This document shows, piece after piece, positions 17,377-26,898 of a DNA stretch of 56,614 nt. Origin of the DNA: Myxococcales bacterium (GTDB lineage Bacteria; Myxococcota_A; UBA796; SXON01). The notes under the pieces were generated by a model. That model made no database searches. It saw only the letters and a program-made list of their open reading frames with translations, and had not been told where the DNA came from. The translations under genes were made by a program, and so were the position numbers. Every line of letters begins with the position of its first letter. Position 1 is the first letter of the stretch. Location: positions 1-56,614 of the forward strand of contig SHYV01000001.1 in NCBI GenBank assembly GCA_009692605.1. The letters run 5' to 3'.

Positions 17377-18405
17377 CTACGGCCGGAGGGCCGCGTCAAT
17401 CGCGCGCCGAGCCTCTTCCTGCATCGCCCTGAGCACAGGGTCGTCCGGGATCCCGGGGTCGAGATCGATGTGGCGGTCGAGCCCGGTCGCGACGCTCCCG
17501 TCGGGCGCGAACGTGAGCCGTAGCTCACCGAGTCGCATCGTCTGGACGAACGAAAACACCCAGACGGCGCGGTTGACGTAGAAGGGCTCGACGTACTGGT
17601 TGTGGTCGCCGCCGTCGATGACCGCGATGATCCGGGGAACGCGACGAGCCAGCATCTTCGCGGCGTCCGTCGCATTGTATTGCAGAAGGATGATCCCGTC
17701 GATCGCCCGCTCGGCCTGCTGCTGGAGGAAAGGCAGGGCATCCTCCGGCGGGTGCACGGTGTAGCCGGCATGATCGGAGGGGGTGGCCTCGGGCGCGGCG
17801 ATGCCGGTCACCAGAAACCAACCGTCGGCGGTCCGGAGCTCGATCGAGCGCCGGATGCCGGGCCCCTCGATGTTCGCAGACACCATCGGAAGCCGGGCGA
17901 GATCCTCGGGGTCCACAGCCGACAAGCCCGCCAGATCGCGCGGCGTCACGTTCAGCGCGTCCCACCCTCCCTGGATGAACCCCTTCGCTGCAGTGCGGTC
18001 CATGACCGCGAGCTGCGGCAACGGCATGTTCTGGAATCCGACCGCGTCGGTGAGCCACTCGCCAGCGTTCACCAGCAACGAGTACGGGGAGGAGCGGGCA
18101 GCGGCCTGAACGTAACTTTCGGTCCGCGCGAGCGAGCCGCGCGGGCGGTGTGGGCAGCCGCAGGTCTCCATCGAGCCGCGCTGCTCGCTGCCGTAGAAGA
18201 TCACCAGATCGGCGGGTGAGGTCGACACCCGCGAGGCGAGCGGGCCGTCGATGGCAAGCTCGCTGTAAAGCCCCTTGTCTGCGGCCGGCGTGGGCGTCAG
18301 CCCATCGGAAGCTACGCTCGCGGGGAGGTCCGACAATGGCGGCGGACCGGATCGCACGCCATGATGGCCGGCGCAGGCGCCCGTGCCCATCGCCAGAAGC
18401 GCCAT
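17377..18405 (-). CDS. Lipoprotein, 5'-nucleotidase/metallophosphoesterase-like (functional assignment weak)
   Basis: The ATG at 18405 (MALLAMGTGACAG signal) lies downstream of the ETF-QO stop, and the longer 18666 start would overlap that gene. The ETCGC motif and overall layout resemble deltaproteobacterial 5'-nucleotidase-like proteins. Confidence 0.5.
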   Translation of the reverse strand: MALLAMGTGACAGHHGVRSGPPPLSDLPASVASDGLTPTPAADKGLYSELAIDGPLASRVSTSPADLVIFYGSEQRGSMETCGCPHRPRGSLARTESYVQAAARSSPYSLLVNAGEWLTDAVGFQNMPLPQLAVMDRTAAKGFIQGGWDALNVTPRDLAGLSAVDPEDLARLPMVSANIEGPGIRRSIELRTADGWFLVTGIAAPEATPSDHAGYTVHPPEDALPFLQQQAERAIDGIILLQYNATDAAKMLARRVPRIIAVIDGGDHNQYVEPFYVNRAVWVFSFVQTMRLGELRLTFAPDGSVATGLDRHIDLDPGIPDDPVLRAMQEEARRAIDAALRP

Positions 18406-18455
18406 GGCCGGTCCACCGCGCCACGGCCGCTCGAAGCCACCGGAAGGACGCGGCT

Positions 18456-20150
18456 TCAGAGGATCCCGTACTCCGGACCGCCCCCGCCCTCCGGCGGCAC
18501 CCAGGTGATGATCTGGTAGGGATCGCGGATGTCGCAGGTCTTGCAGTGCACGCAATTGGAGAAGTCCACCTGCATTTCGAGCCGCTGGGTCTTCTCGTTG
18601 GGGAGCATGTTGTAGACCTGCGCCGGACAGAACCGGGTGCACGGATTGCCGTACTCCTCTGCGCATGTGGTCGCGCAGATCTCCCGGTCGACGATGTGCA
18701 GGTGGGCCGGCTGCTGCTCCTCGTGCTTGGTACCCGAGTGGTACACGTCGGTCAGCTTGTCGACGATGTAGGTGCCGTCGTAGGTGAGGTCGTCGCGCGA
18801 CGGGTAAGGGTGATGGCCTCGGTAGGCTGCGTTCTTGCGCATCCCCTCGAAGTCAGCGTGGAACGGGTTGATCTCCTTTCCCGGACCGAACACGAGCGAC
18901 ATCCCGGTCGCCGCGAGACCGCCCACGGTCCCCTTCTCGAACCCCGCGTGGAAGTTCTTGGCGGGCTCCATCTCGGTGCGGATCCAGCTCGCGTCCACCT
19001 TCTCCTTGTACAGGCGCAGCACCTCCGCCCGGGCGTCGCCCCGCTTGAGCGCCACGAACGCCGTCTCCGCCGCGAGCATGCCAGACTTCATGGACAGGTG
19101 GATGCCCTTCAGGCGCATCGGGTTCAGGAAGCTCGCCGAATCGCCGACGATCATCGCGCCGTCTGCGTAGAGCGTGGGGATCGAGGCCCACCCGCCACAG
19201 GTCACCGCCTTCGCGCCGTACTTCACGACCTTGCCCCCAGCGAGCTTCTTGCGCATCCAGGGATGGTTCTTCAGCTTCTGAAGCAGGTAGTGGGCGTCCA
19301 TCGCCGGGTCCTGCGCGTCGAGCCCGACGAGCAGACCCAGAGCGTACCGGTCCCCGGCGAGCGAGTAGAGGAACGCCCCCCCGAACGTGTTCAGATCGAG
19401 CGGGAAGCCGAGCGTGAGCACCACCTCGCCGGTCTTCACAGCCCCCGGCGGCATCTCGATGATCTCCTTCACGCCGATCTCGTAGGCGATGGGCTGGCTC
19501 GCCTTGTCGAGACCGTGCTTCTGCACGAGCTGCCGGGTGAGGGTGCCGCGCGGACCCTCGCCGAGGATCGTGACCTTCGCGGTCAGGTCGTAGCCTGGCT
19601 CAAAGTTGCCCTTGGGCTGCCCGTCGGGGCCGATGCCCTTGTCGCCGGAGCGGACGCCGACCACTGCACCGTTCTCGCCCCAGAGGAGCTGGGTGCCGGC
19701 GAACCCCGAGAAGATCGTGAGGCCCCGCGACTCCGCCTGAGCGGCCAGCCACTTCTGGAACTTCGCGATGGAGATGATCGGCAGCCCATGATCGCCGAGC
19801 CCAGGCGGCATCATCGGCGCAGGAACCGCGAACTTCTCGGTCATCACCAAAAAGGTCTCGTCCTCGACGTAGCGCTCGACGAACGACGGATCCAATTTCT
19901 TCCAGTCGGGGATCAGCTCGTCGAGGGCCTGCGGGTCAAGCACGGCCCCAGAGATCGCGTGCGCGCCGATCTCCGAGCCTTTCTCCATCAGGCCGATGGT
20001 CAACTCCTCCAGCTTCGGGCCGGGCTCAGTCCCGGCATCGACAGCGGCGTTATGGGCCGCCACAAGGTCGAGCAGGCGGATGGAGCCCGCGAGACAACCG
20101 GGTCCGCCTCCCACAAACAGGACATCAACCAACATTTCATCGCGTAGCAT
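18456..20150 (-). CDS. Electron transfer flavoprotein-ubiquinone oxidoreductase (ETF-QO)
   Basis: FAD fingerprint VLFVGGGPGCLAG and a C-terminal 4Fe-4S ferredoxin-like cysteine cluster (CTRFCPAQVY...NCVHCKTCDI). Confidence 0.9.
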   Translation of the reverse strand: MLRDEMLVDVLFVGGGPGCLAGSIRLLDLVAAHNAAVDAGTEPGPKLEELTIGLMEKGSEIGAHAISGAVLDPQALDELIPDWKKLDPSFVERYVEDETFLVMTEKFAVPAPMMPPGLGDHGLPIISIAKFQKWLAAQAESRGLTIFSGFAGTQLLWGENGAVVGVRSGDKGIGPDGQPKGNFEPGYDLTAKVTILGEGPRGTLTRQLVQKHGLDKASQPIAYEIGVKEIIEMPPGAVKTGEVVLTLGFPLDLNTFGGAFLYSLAGDRYALGLLVGLDAQDPAMDAHYLLQKLKNHPWMRKKLAGGKVVKYGAKAVTCGGWASIPTLYADGAMIVGDSASFLNPMRLKGIHLSMKSGMLAAETAFVALKRGDARAEVLRLYKEKVDASWIRTEMEPAKNFHAGFEKGTVGGLAATGMSLVFGPGKEINPFHADFEGMRKNAAYRGHHPYPSRDDLTYDGTYIVDKLTDVYHSGTKHEEQQPAHLHIVDREICATTCAEEYGNPCTRFCPAQVYNMLPNEKTQRLEMQVDFSNCVHCKTCDIRDPYQIITWVPPEGGGGPEYGIL

Positions 20151-20219
20151 CGAGGGCCTCGCCGGCGGGGGTGTCCCCCGAATGAGCTGCGGAGGAGCCC
20201 CGCAACAAGGGTGTATTCA

Positions 20220-20615
20220 TTAACCCGCTGAGAGCGCGAGCACCCGGGCGTACTCCTCTGGAGTCACCGGCGCCACCGACAGGCGTGACTGCCGGACCAG
20301 CTCGGACCGGGACAGCAGCGGGTCGGCCTTGAACGCGGCCAACGAGACGCCCATTGCGAGCGCGTGCACCGGCTTGATGTCCACACAGACCCACCGGTCC
20401 ACCTCGGGGTAGGCCGGGGTGACAACCTCAGCGATCCCCACGACCTCTTTCCCAACGTTCGAGTGGTAGTACAGGCACAAGTCGCCGGGCGCCATCGCGA
20501 GCAGGTTCAGCCGGGCGGTGTTGTTCCGAATGCCGGTCCACGCCGTCTGCCGGTCGAGCACGAGCTGGGAGTAGGGGTAGGAGGTCGGTTCGCTCTTGAT
20601 CAACCAGTGGCGCAT
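20220..20615 (-). CDS. EVE (PUA-like) domain protein
   Basis: N-terminal MRHWLIKSEP...Y and a length of about 130 aa are typical of EVE/THYN1-like proteins. Confidence 0.8.
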   Translation of the reverse strand: MRHWLIKSEPTSYPYSQLVLDRQTAWTGIRNNTARLNLLAMAPGDLCLYYHSNVGKEVVGIAEVVTPAYPEVDRWVCVDIKPVHALAMGVSLAAFKADPLLSRSELVRQSRLSVAPVTPEEYARVLALSAG

Positions 20616-20654
20616 GGAGGAGAGGTATCACCGCCACTCCCTCACGGCGGCCCG

Positions 20655-21278
20655 CTAAAGGGGAGACGTCGTGAGGCAGCGCTCGAGCCGCTCGCGCTGC
20701 TCGACGGTCAGGTGTCGGGGCCGGCGCTGGAGCACGCTGGCCAGCTCGGCCGGCACCGCTGCCGACGCCGCTACCAGATGCTCGGCTACGCTGAGCTGGG
20801 GCAACAGGACCGGGCCGACGCTCCCCCGGAGCGCACCTCCCTCGACGAGCGCGGACCGGTGCTGCAGATCGATCGCGAGCGCCGCCAGGGCGAACACCAA
20901 CGCGATGGCCGCCCCCGGCCCAACCGGGAGGCGCGCCCCCATCTGAACCGCGAACGCCAGAGAAGCGGCAGCGAACACACCCGGTGCGACCAAAGGGAAC
21001 TCCACGTCTCCGAATCGGTGGAGCCCCAGCCGGGCACCGAGGGCCCGAAGGCGCGGGTCGATGCGCCCGGCAGCCCGGCCGACGCACAGGACGTAGGCCG
21101 AAAGGCCGTACACCGGCTCACCCAGCCACCGGGTCGCCAGCACCTCAGCAGCCAGCAGACACACCGCCGGGGCCCACGCCTCCCGGCCGCTCCGCCCGAG
21201 CCAGATACCGACGGCCGTCCCGGGCACCAGCGCACCGACCACCCCAACCGACACGCCGACCAGCCCGAAAGGGCTCAA
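20655..21278 (-). CDS. Hypothetical integral membrane protein
   Basis: Several hydrophobic segments. The start overlaps the stop of the upstream gene by 4 nt, suggesting coupling. Confidence 0.55.
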   Translation of the reverse strand: MSPFGLVGVSVGVVGALVPGTAVGIWLGRSGREAWAPAVCLLAAEVLATRWLGEPVYGLSAYVLCVGRAAGRIDPRLRALGARLGLHRFGDVEFPLVAPGVFAAASLAFAVQMGARLPVGPGAAIALVFALAALAIDLQHRSALVEGGALRGSVGPVLLPQLSVAEHLVAASAAVPAELASVLQRRPRHLTVEQRERLERCLTTSPL

Positions 21279-22471
21279 CTCCCCACCCGGATCGCACCTT
21301 CGCCCGCCCCGTGCGAGGAGGAGGCGGACGAGATCACGCTCGAGCTGGCGTCGTCGTGATCCTCGAACGAGGCTGAAAAAGGAACGTCTCCGGGAGGCAG
21401 TTTACTCGTCGATGCTCTGACGCAGTACTCGTAGGATCGGGAGAACCAGCCCCCGCGCACAATGGCGCTCCCGTCGTGGGCACCAGCGCCGCCTGCCGAC
21501 CCCAGCTCGAGCGACACCCGCGAGGTCTCGCTCCCGACGCGGAAAACCAACGCGTCCGCGAGCATCCAGTCGTCATCCCGAACACGACCGGCAAAACACA
21601 GCGACCTCTCACCGAGAGATCCCTGAACCCCGGGCCCCCCAGCCCCATCCGAGTGGGCGACCGCGATGCTGAAGCTGGCGTCCCGCGGGCCGGACCACCC
21701 GTCCGCCCCTGCTTGCACCTGCCAGGGTGCGTCCACCACCATCGGCTCGGCGTCGGCCCAGTCGTGCAGGTCGCCGTCGGGCGTGATCTGACGCGCCACG
21801 GCCGTCAAGCTGCCACGCCCGCGGTAGGTGCGGTCGAGGACGGGGTCGTGATCGAGCCAGGTCTCGTGGACCCAATGCACCCCCACCAGCCGCTGCACAT
21901 GCTCAAGGAGGACGGTCTCTGCCTTGGCGAAGGGCAGGCGCAGCTTCAAGTCCCCGCCCTCCAGCGTCAGGGCAAACCCCGAGCCGGGCCCAAGGTGGCT
22001 CATCGGAAGCGGCGCGACAGCGCTCTCCACGCACTCGGCGCGGGAGAGCTGGCACTCGAACACGGCGCCATTCGGCAGCTGTACCCAAGCCGCGCGCCGG
22101 GTCAGCCCCACCACGGCCAGCGGCTCTGCCCCGAACAGCGGCACGTCGCCGCCCAGCCCCGCTTTCACATCGCTCACGCGGAGCCCATGCCCGCGCGCGT
22201 CGAAGCTCGCCGTGAGGTCCCATAGGTGTCGGCCGTCCCACAGGCGCAGGCCCGGGGAGATCCGAACGTCGAGCTGATCGCGTGAGTTGCGACGAAGATC
22301 CAGCACCAACGAGACCGGCTCAGGTCCCGCCGCGCCGTCGCGCTCGGCCACTACGGCGAGCTGGGTGGGGAGCAACACCTGGGAGGGGTGCGGTGAGCGC
22401 GCACAGCCGGGGCCATCGACCAGCACGCCGAGCACCGGCAGCAAGAGCGCACATCGAAGGGGGCGAGCCAC
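21275..22471 (-). CDS. Hypothetical secreted lipoprotein
   Basis: Signal/lipobox MARPLRCALLLPVLGVLVDGPGC. High GC3. No motif recognised. Confidence 0.65.
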   Translation of the reverse strand: MARPLRCALLLPVLGVLVDGPGCARSPHPSQVLLPTQLAVVAERDGAAGPEPVSLVLDLRRNSRDQLDVRISPGLRLWDGRHLWDLTASFDARGHGLRVSDVKAGLGGDVPLFGAEPLAVVGLTRRAAWVQLPNGAVFECQLSRAECVESAVAPLPMSHLGPGSGFALTLEGGDLKLRLPFAKAETVLLEHVQRLVGVHWVHETWLDHDPVLDRTYRGRGSLTAVARQITPDGDLHDWADAEPMVVDAPWQVQAGADGWSGPRDASFSIAVAHSDGAGGPGVQGSLGERSLCFAGRVRDDDWMLADALVFRVGSETSRVSLELGSAGGAGAHDGSAIVRGGWFSRSYEYCVRASTSKLPPGDVPFSASFEDHDDASSSVISSASSSHGAGEGAIRVGS

Positions 22472-22501
22472 AAGCAGGGCGCTATCAGGATACGCCGCCG
22501 G

Positions 22502-22963
22502 ATGCTGCCTGCACTCCTCCTCACGCTAGCGGCCTCGCCGGCAGCGATGGCCGAGCCGGCTGCTTTCGCGCTGCTGCCGTTCGGCCTCGACCTGTACATC
22601 CAGAAGAAGCCCGTGCGCGCCATCGTCTACACGGTCACTCAGGCGCTTGGCGTGTCGGCTGCGGCCTACGGGACACACAGGTCTGACGCTCTGATCCTCA
22701 CCGAGGATCTCGAAGGAGCGGCGCCATGGAGGGCCCTGACCGCGTGCGGCGTCACCGCGGCCGGCGCGTCGTACCTGGTCTCCATCGTGGACGCCTCCAA
22801 CCTGCACACCAAGAGCGCCTCCGAGCGTGCCCAGTGGATGATGGAGTGGGACCGCACCCGGGCCCCCACGGCGTGGACCGAGGGCCGCGAAACAGCGCTC
22901 CGGGTGCCGGCCACATTGAACGGTCAGGATCTGCCCCTGAAGCGGCTCGCCCCGGGCCAGTGA
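22502..22963 (+). CDS. Hypothetical small secreted/membrane protein
   Basis: Signal-like N-terminus MLPALLLTLAASPAAMA followed by a hydrophobic segment. Divergent from the 21275-22471 gene. Confidence 0.5.
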   Translation: MLPALLLTLAASPAAMAEPAAFALLPFGLDLYIQKKPVRAIVYTVTQALGVSAAAYGTHRSDALILTEDLEGAAPWRALTACGVTAAGASYLVSIVDASNLHTKSASERAQWMMEWDRTRAPTAWTEGRETALRVPATLNGQDLPLKRLAPGQ

Positions 22964-23018
22964 TGATGAGGATTGATCCCCAGATCACCGGCGCGGCCGC
23001 CCGAGTGAGCTCCCACCG

Positions 23019-23798
23019 GTGACCATCGTGCTCGCGATCATGCGGCGTGAGCTCGCCTCCGCGTTCGACCAGCCTTTCGCCTACTTTCTCGTGCCAATCT
23101 ACGGGCTGCTGGTCGGGGGCTTCTCGCTCTGGTTCGACGACGTGTTCTCCGCGGGCACGGCCACGATGCGGGGGGTGTTCTTCTGGGCGGGGTTCTTCCT
23201 GCTCATCCTCGTCCCGGCGCTGACCATGAGGGTGTTCGCAGAGGAGCGCCGGTCCGGCACGCTCGAGATCCTGGCGACGCTGCCGATCTCGGAGTCCGAG
23301 CTGGTGCTCGGAAAGTTCCTCGCGGCATGGGGTCTGGTCGGGGTGCTCGTGGCGAGCACGCTCGGGTACCCGTTGATGTTGGCGTGGCTGTCTACGCCAG
23401 CGACGATCGCCGGGAGCGGCGACGCCCCCGTTTTCGTGCGGATGTTCTCCGAGTGCGGTCTCGACTGGGGGCCGGTGTTCGGCGGATATCTGGGCCTCCT
23501 GCTGCTGGGCGCGGCGCTCACCGCGATCGGCCTCGCGTCCAGCGCGTCCACCTCGAACCCGATCATCGCCTTCCTGACCACGCTGGCGCTCACGACGTTC
23601 CCGTTTGTGCTGGGGCTCTTTCTGGACCGGGTGCCCCCCGCCCTGCTGCCCCTCTTTCAGTACGGGAGTTTTGGCTACCACTTCGACAGCCTCGCCCGCG
23701 GGGTGATCGACGCCCGCGACCTCGTGTTCTGGGGCGGGTTGACCGGGCTCGGGCTGCACTGCGCGGTCTGGTTGCTCGAGAAGCGTAGGCTTGGATGA
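23019..23798 (+). CDS. ABC-2 type transporter permease, GldF-like
   Basis: IMRRELASAFDQPFAYF near the N-terminus, six hydrophobic segments, and a GldG-like gene immediately downstream. The start is ambiguous (GTG 23019 or ATG 23040). Confidence 0.8.
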   Translation: MTIVLAIMRRELASAFDQPFAYFLVPIYGLLVGGFSLWFDDVFSAGTATMRGVFFWAGFFLLILVPALTMRVFAEERRSGTLEILATLPISESELVLGKFLAAWGLVGVLVASTLGYPLMLAWLSTPATIAGSGDAPVFVRMFSECGLDWGPVFGGYLGLLLLGAALTAIGLASSASTSNPIIAFLTTLALTTFPFVLGLFLDRVPPALLPLFQYGSFGYHFDSLARGVIDARDLVFWGGLTGLGLHCAVWLLEKRRLG

Positions 23799-23808
23799 GC
23801 GGGCACCC

Positions 23809-25464
23809 ATGATGACGCCCCGGCGGAACCTGATCCTGAACAGCCACCTCCAGATGGTGCTGACGGTGCTCATCGTCCTGCTCGCCAACGGGTTTGCGGC
23901 GTTCCACGTGGCCCGGATCGACCTCTCCGGCGAGCGGCTGTACACGCTAGACGAAGCCTCGAAGCAGATCGTGCAGACGATGGACCGCCCGATCGTCGCG
24001 CGCGTCTACTTCACCCACGGGCTCGGCGCGCCCTACCAGAACCACGAGCAGCTCGTGAAGGACAAGCTGGGTGAGTTCGCGTCCTACGCGCGGGGCCGGA
24101 TGACGGTCGAGGCCGTCGACCCGGCGGTAGACCCCGACTCGGCGGGGAAGGCCGCCGCCTTCGGGCTGCAGCAGCTCGACTACACCTTTCACGATCAGGA
24201 CAGGGCGGAGCTCCGAAAGATCTGGATGGGCGTCGTACTGCTCTACGGCGACCGGCAAGAGGTGCTGCCCGCGGTCACCAACCTCGACACCCTCGAGTAC
24301 GACATCGCGGCGGCCTTCGTACGACTCCGAACGAAGCGCGAGGACGTGAAGACACTCGGCTGGGCGATCGGAGATGGCGAACCTGACTACACCCGCGATG
24401 CCGGGCCGGTTCGTACGCTCGCGTCGGAGCTCTCCCGGAAGTTCGTCCTCAGGCAAATCCCGCTCGGCGGCGCCGGCAGCATCCCCGAGGACGTCTCGGC
24501 CATGCTGGTGATCGGGCCCCAAACCGCGCTCGGTGAGCGCGCGCTCTACCAGTTGGACCAGTTTGTCATGCGCGGCGGCGCGCTCGCCGCGTTCGTCACC
24601 AACACCCGGCCCGACCTCCGCACGATGCGCCCGCAGCGTGTCTCGAGCGGCCTCGACCCGCTGCTGGGGAGCTTCGGGGTGCGCGTCAACCGCGACCTCG
24701 TCCTCGACCGTGTCCAGAACGGCCAGATGCGATTCCCGGTGCGAGCGGGCGGGGGCTCGGGCTACCGAGACGTCAACTACCCGCTGATCCCCAAGGCGAT
24801 CGATCTCTCGAAGACCAACGTCATGGTCGGCGGCACCGAGGCGCTGCTCTTCCCGTTCGCGTCCACCGTGGCGGTGTCCGAGGCGCTGCCGATGGGCGTA
24901 AAGGCCGAGGTGCTCGCTCAGTCCAGCGAGTCCTCCGGTGTTGTGGAGAGGCTCGAAACGCTGGACCCGACGAAGATCGCCAACGTCTTGTCGAGTGAAA
25001 AGCGCGGCCCCTTTCCGCTCATTGTAGCCATGACCGGCTCGTTCCGGTCTTTCTTCGAGTCCCGGCCCGTGCCCCCACCCGACCCGGACGCGCCCTCGGT
25101 CAACGCGGCGAACCCCGACGACGACGGTTCCCCGCCCGCCGAGTCCCCGCAGCAGTTGGAGGGGGCATCCACCCGCCTCGTGATCGCGGGGTCGGCTGAC
25201 TTTGTCGCCAACAACCAGAATTTCATGCTGAACCTCTGCGATTGGCTGGTCGCGGACGAATCCCTCCTGGGCATCCGGGGAAAAGCCTCGTCGCTGCCCG
25301 CTCTCCGACCCACCGAACCCCGGGAACGAACGGCCTGGAAGGCGCTGCAGATCCTCTGGGCGCCCGTCGGACTGCTGCTCTACGGCGCCGCCCGTCAGCG
25401 CCGGCGACGCCGGCCTGCCTCCTCGCCGCGGACCCCACCCTCCGCGCGCAAGGAGCCCACGTGA
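23809..25464 (+). CDS. GldG-like ABC-transporter auxiliary protein (ABC-type uncharacterized transport system component)
   Basis: N- and C-terminal TM anchors flank a large periplasmic body. Its position after a GldF-like permease fits the family. ATG at 23809, 11 nt after the permease stop. Confidence 0.8.
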   Translation: MMTPRRNLILNSHLQMVLTVLIVLLANGFAAFHVARIDLSGERLYTLDEASKQIVQTMDRPIVARVYFTHGLGAPYQNHEQLVKDKLGEFASYARGRMTVEAVDPAVDPDSAGKAAAFGLQQLDYTFHDQDRAELRKIWMGVVLLYGDRQEVLPAVTNLDTLEYDIAAAFVRLRTKREDVKTLGWAIGDGEPDYTRDAGPVRTLASELSRKFVLRQIPLGGAGSIPEDVSAMLVIGPQTALGERALYQLDQFVMRGGALAAFVTNTRPDLRTMRPQRVSSGLDPLLGSFGVRVNRDLVLDRVQNGQMRFPVRAGGGSGYRDVNYPLIPKAIDLSKTNVMVGGTEALLFPFASTVAVSEALPMGVKAEVLAQSSESSGVVERLETLDPTKIANVLSSEKRGPFPLIVAMTGSFRSFFESRPVPPPDPDAPSVNAANPDDDGSPPAESPQQLEGASTRLVIAGSADFVANNQNFMLNLCDWLVADESLLGIRGKASSLPALRPTEPRERTAWKALQILWAPVGLLLYGAARQRRRRRPASSPRTPPSARKEPT

Positions 25465-26885
25465 GGCTCTTTCCCAAGACCTGGGTGCTGCTCGCGCTGA
25501 CCGGGCTGCTCGCCGTCGCGAACGCGTGGACCATGTCCCCGGCGGCGGCGCCGAGTGAGCTGCCCAGCCTGCCGGCCGTGGTGCCAGACGAGGTCACGCG
25601 CATCGTGATCTCCTCACCGATCGACCGGCTCGAGATCGACCGGACGGCGTTCGTGCGCGGCCACCCGGAATCGGAGAGGTGGGACATCGTGGCGCCGCTT
25701 GAGTACGCCGCGGACGTCGCGCAGGTCCGCGCGCTCCTGAGGATCTACGGGACGGGCGTGTCGATGGACGCTCGGGTCGACTCGGGAAACCTCAAGGACT
25801 ACCAGCTCGAAGATCAGGACGCGAAGGTGGTCGAGCTCTACACGGACGGGGCGACGCCAGCGCTGCAGGTCATCGTCGGCCGCACCGTCGGCCCTACTTC
25901 GTCGTTCGTGCGGCTGCCGGGCGCAGAGACCGTCTACCGGGCCGCAGTCGGGCCCCGGCAGCGCTACGATCAGGCGGCAGCGGATTGGCGCGACAGGGTC
26001 GTCCTTAGCGTAGACAAGGACACCGTCACCGCGCTCAACATCCAGCAAGGCAGCGACATCCCGCGCGGCAGGGCGACGTTGGCGCTCACCCGATCCCCGA
26101 CCGCGCCGAGCGCACCCCCGCGTTGGACGATCGCAGGCGTGCTGGGCACAGCGCCCGATTCTGCGGCCAGCTCCGCGCTCAGCGCCGCAATTGACTCGGC
26201 CGTCGTCGAGAGCGTGGCCCGTGCTCTCGGGCACATCCGCGCCGGAGACATCCATAATACCAGCTTTCCCGGAGGTTTTGAGGCACCCATCGCGATCGCA
26301 ACCCTCACGACGGCCTCCAGGGTTCACCGGATCGTGCTCGGCAGCGCCAGTGACGACAAGACTGCGTTCGTGAAGGTGGATGAGCGGCCCGAGGTCTTCG
26401 CGGTAAGCGGCCAGCTCACCCGCATGCTCACCCAGCCGGCGCTCGCCTACCGGAACCGGGAGATCTTCGCCTTCGACCCCACTCTGGTACGTCGCCTGGC
26501 GCTGACCGAGGGGTCGATCACCGTCGAGATCGAACGCGGGGCCGACGCCACCACCGACAGCAGGTCCGACGGCAGGTCCGACGGAACGACCAGCTGGAAC
26601 GTGCTGCGCCCCCTGAACATGGACGTGGATGACGGGCTCGCCGACAAGCTGACGGGCTCACTCTCCGCGCTACGGGCGTCCGGGATCCCTGACGGCGCCG
26701 CGTTTGTGGAGGGACCCGGAGGACTGCTCATCACGTTCGCGGACGGGAGCACACGCGCGCTGGACTTCGGACAGCCGGAGCGTGACGGGGAGGGACGGCA
26801 GGTTGTCCGTGTCCGGTCCGCCGGAAGCGTCTACCAGATCAGGGTGCAGACCCTTGACGAAATCGAACGGGTGTTCGGCCGCTAG
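25461..26885 (+). CDS. DUF4340-like protein (N-terminally anchored, periplasmic)
   Basis: GTG at 25461 overlaps the GldG-like stop (GTGA). It gives the TM anchor VRLFPKTWVLLALTGLLAVANAW. The gene position after gldG-like matches DUF4340 neighbourhoods. Confidence 0.65.
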   Translation: MRLFPKTWVLLALTGLLAVANAWTMSPAAAPSELPSLPAVVPDEVTRIVISSPIDRLEIDRTAFVRGHPESERWDIVAPLEYAADVAQVRALLRIYGTGVSMDARVDSGNLKDYQLEDQDAKVVELYTDGATPALQVIVGRTVGPTSSFVRLPGAETVYRAAVGPRQRYDQAAADWRDRVVLSVDKDTVTALNIQQGSDIPRGRATLALTRSPTAPSAPPRWTIAGVLGTAPDSAASSALSAAIDSAVVESVARALGHIRAGDIHNTSFPGGFEAPIAIATLTTASRVHRIVLGSASDDKTAFVKVDERPEVFAVSGQLTRMLTQPALAYRNREIFAFDPTLVRRLALTEGSITVEIERGADATTDSRSDGRSDGTTSWNVLRPLNMDVDDGLADKLTGSLSALRASGIPDGAAFVEGPGGLLITFADGSTRALDFGQPERDGEGRQVVRVRSAGSVYQIRVQTLDEIERVFGR

Positions 26886-26898
26886 CAGCAAGCAGCCG

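Noticed and set aside
15211-20147. Long antisense ORFs 15211-16485 (-, 424 aa), 17525-18424 (-, 299 aa) and 18150-20147 (+, 665 aa)
   Set aside because: They are opposite or out of frame relative to livH/livM, the lipoprotein and ETF-QO, all of which have strong family motifs. The translations are Arg/Gly/His-rich nonsense.
22752-23945. Minus-strand ORF of 397 aa across the GldF-like gene
   Set aside because: It is a shadow ORF with highly charged, low-complexity translation. The plus-strand permease has clear TM periodicity.
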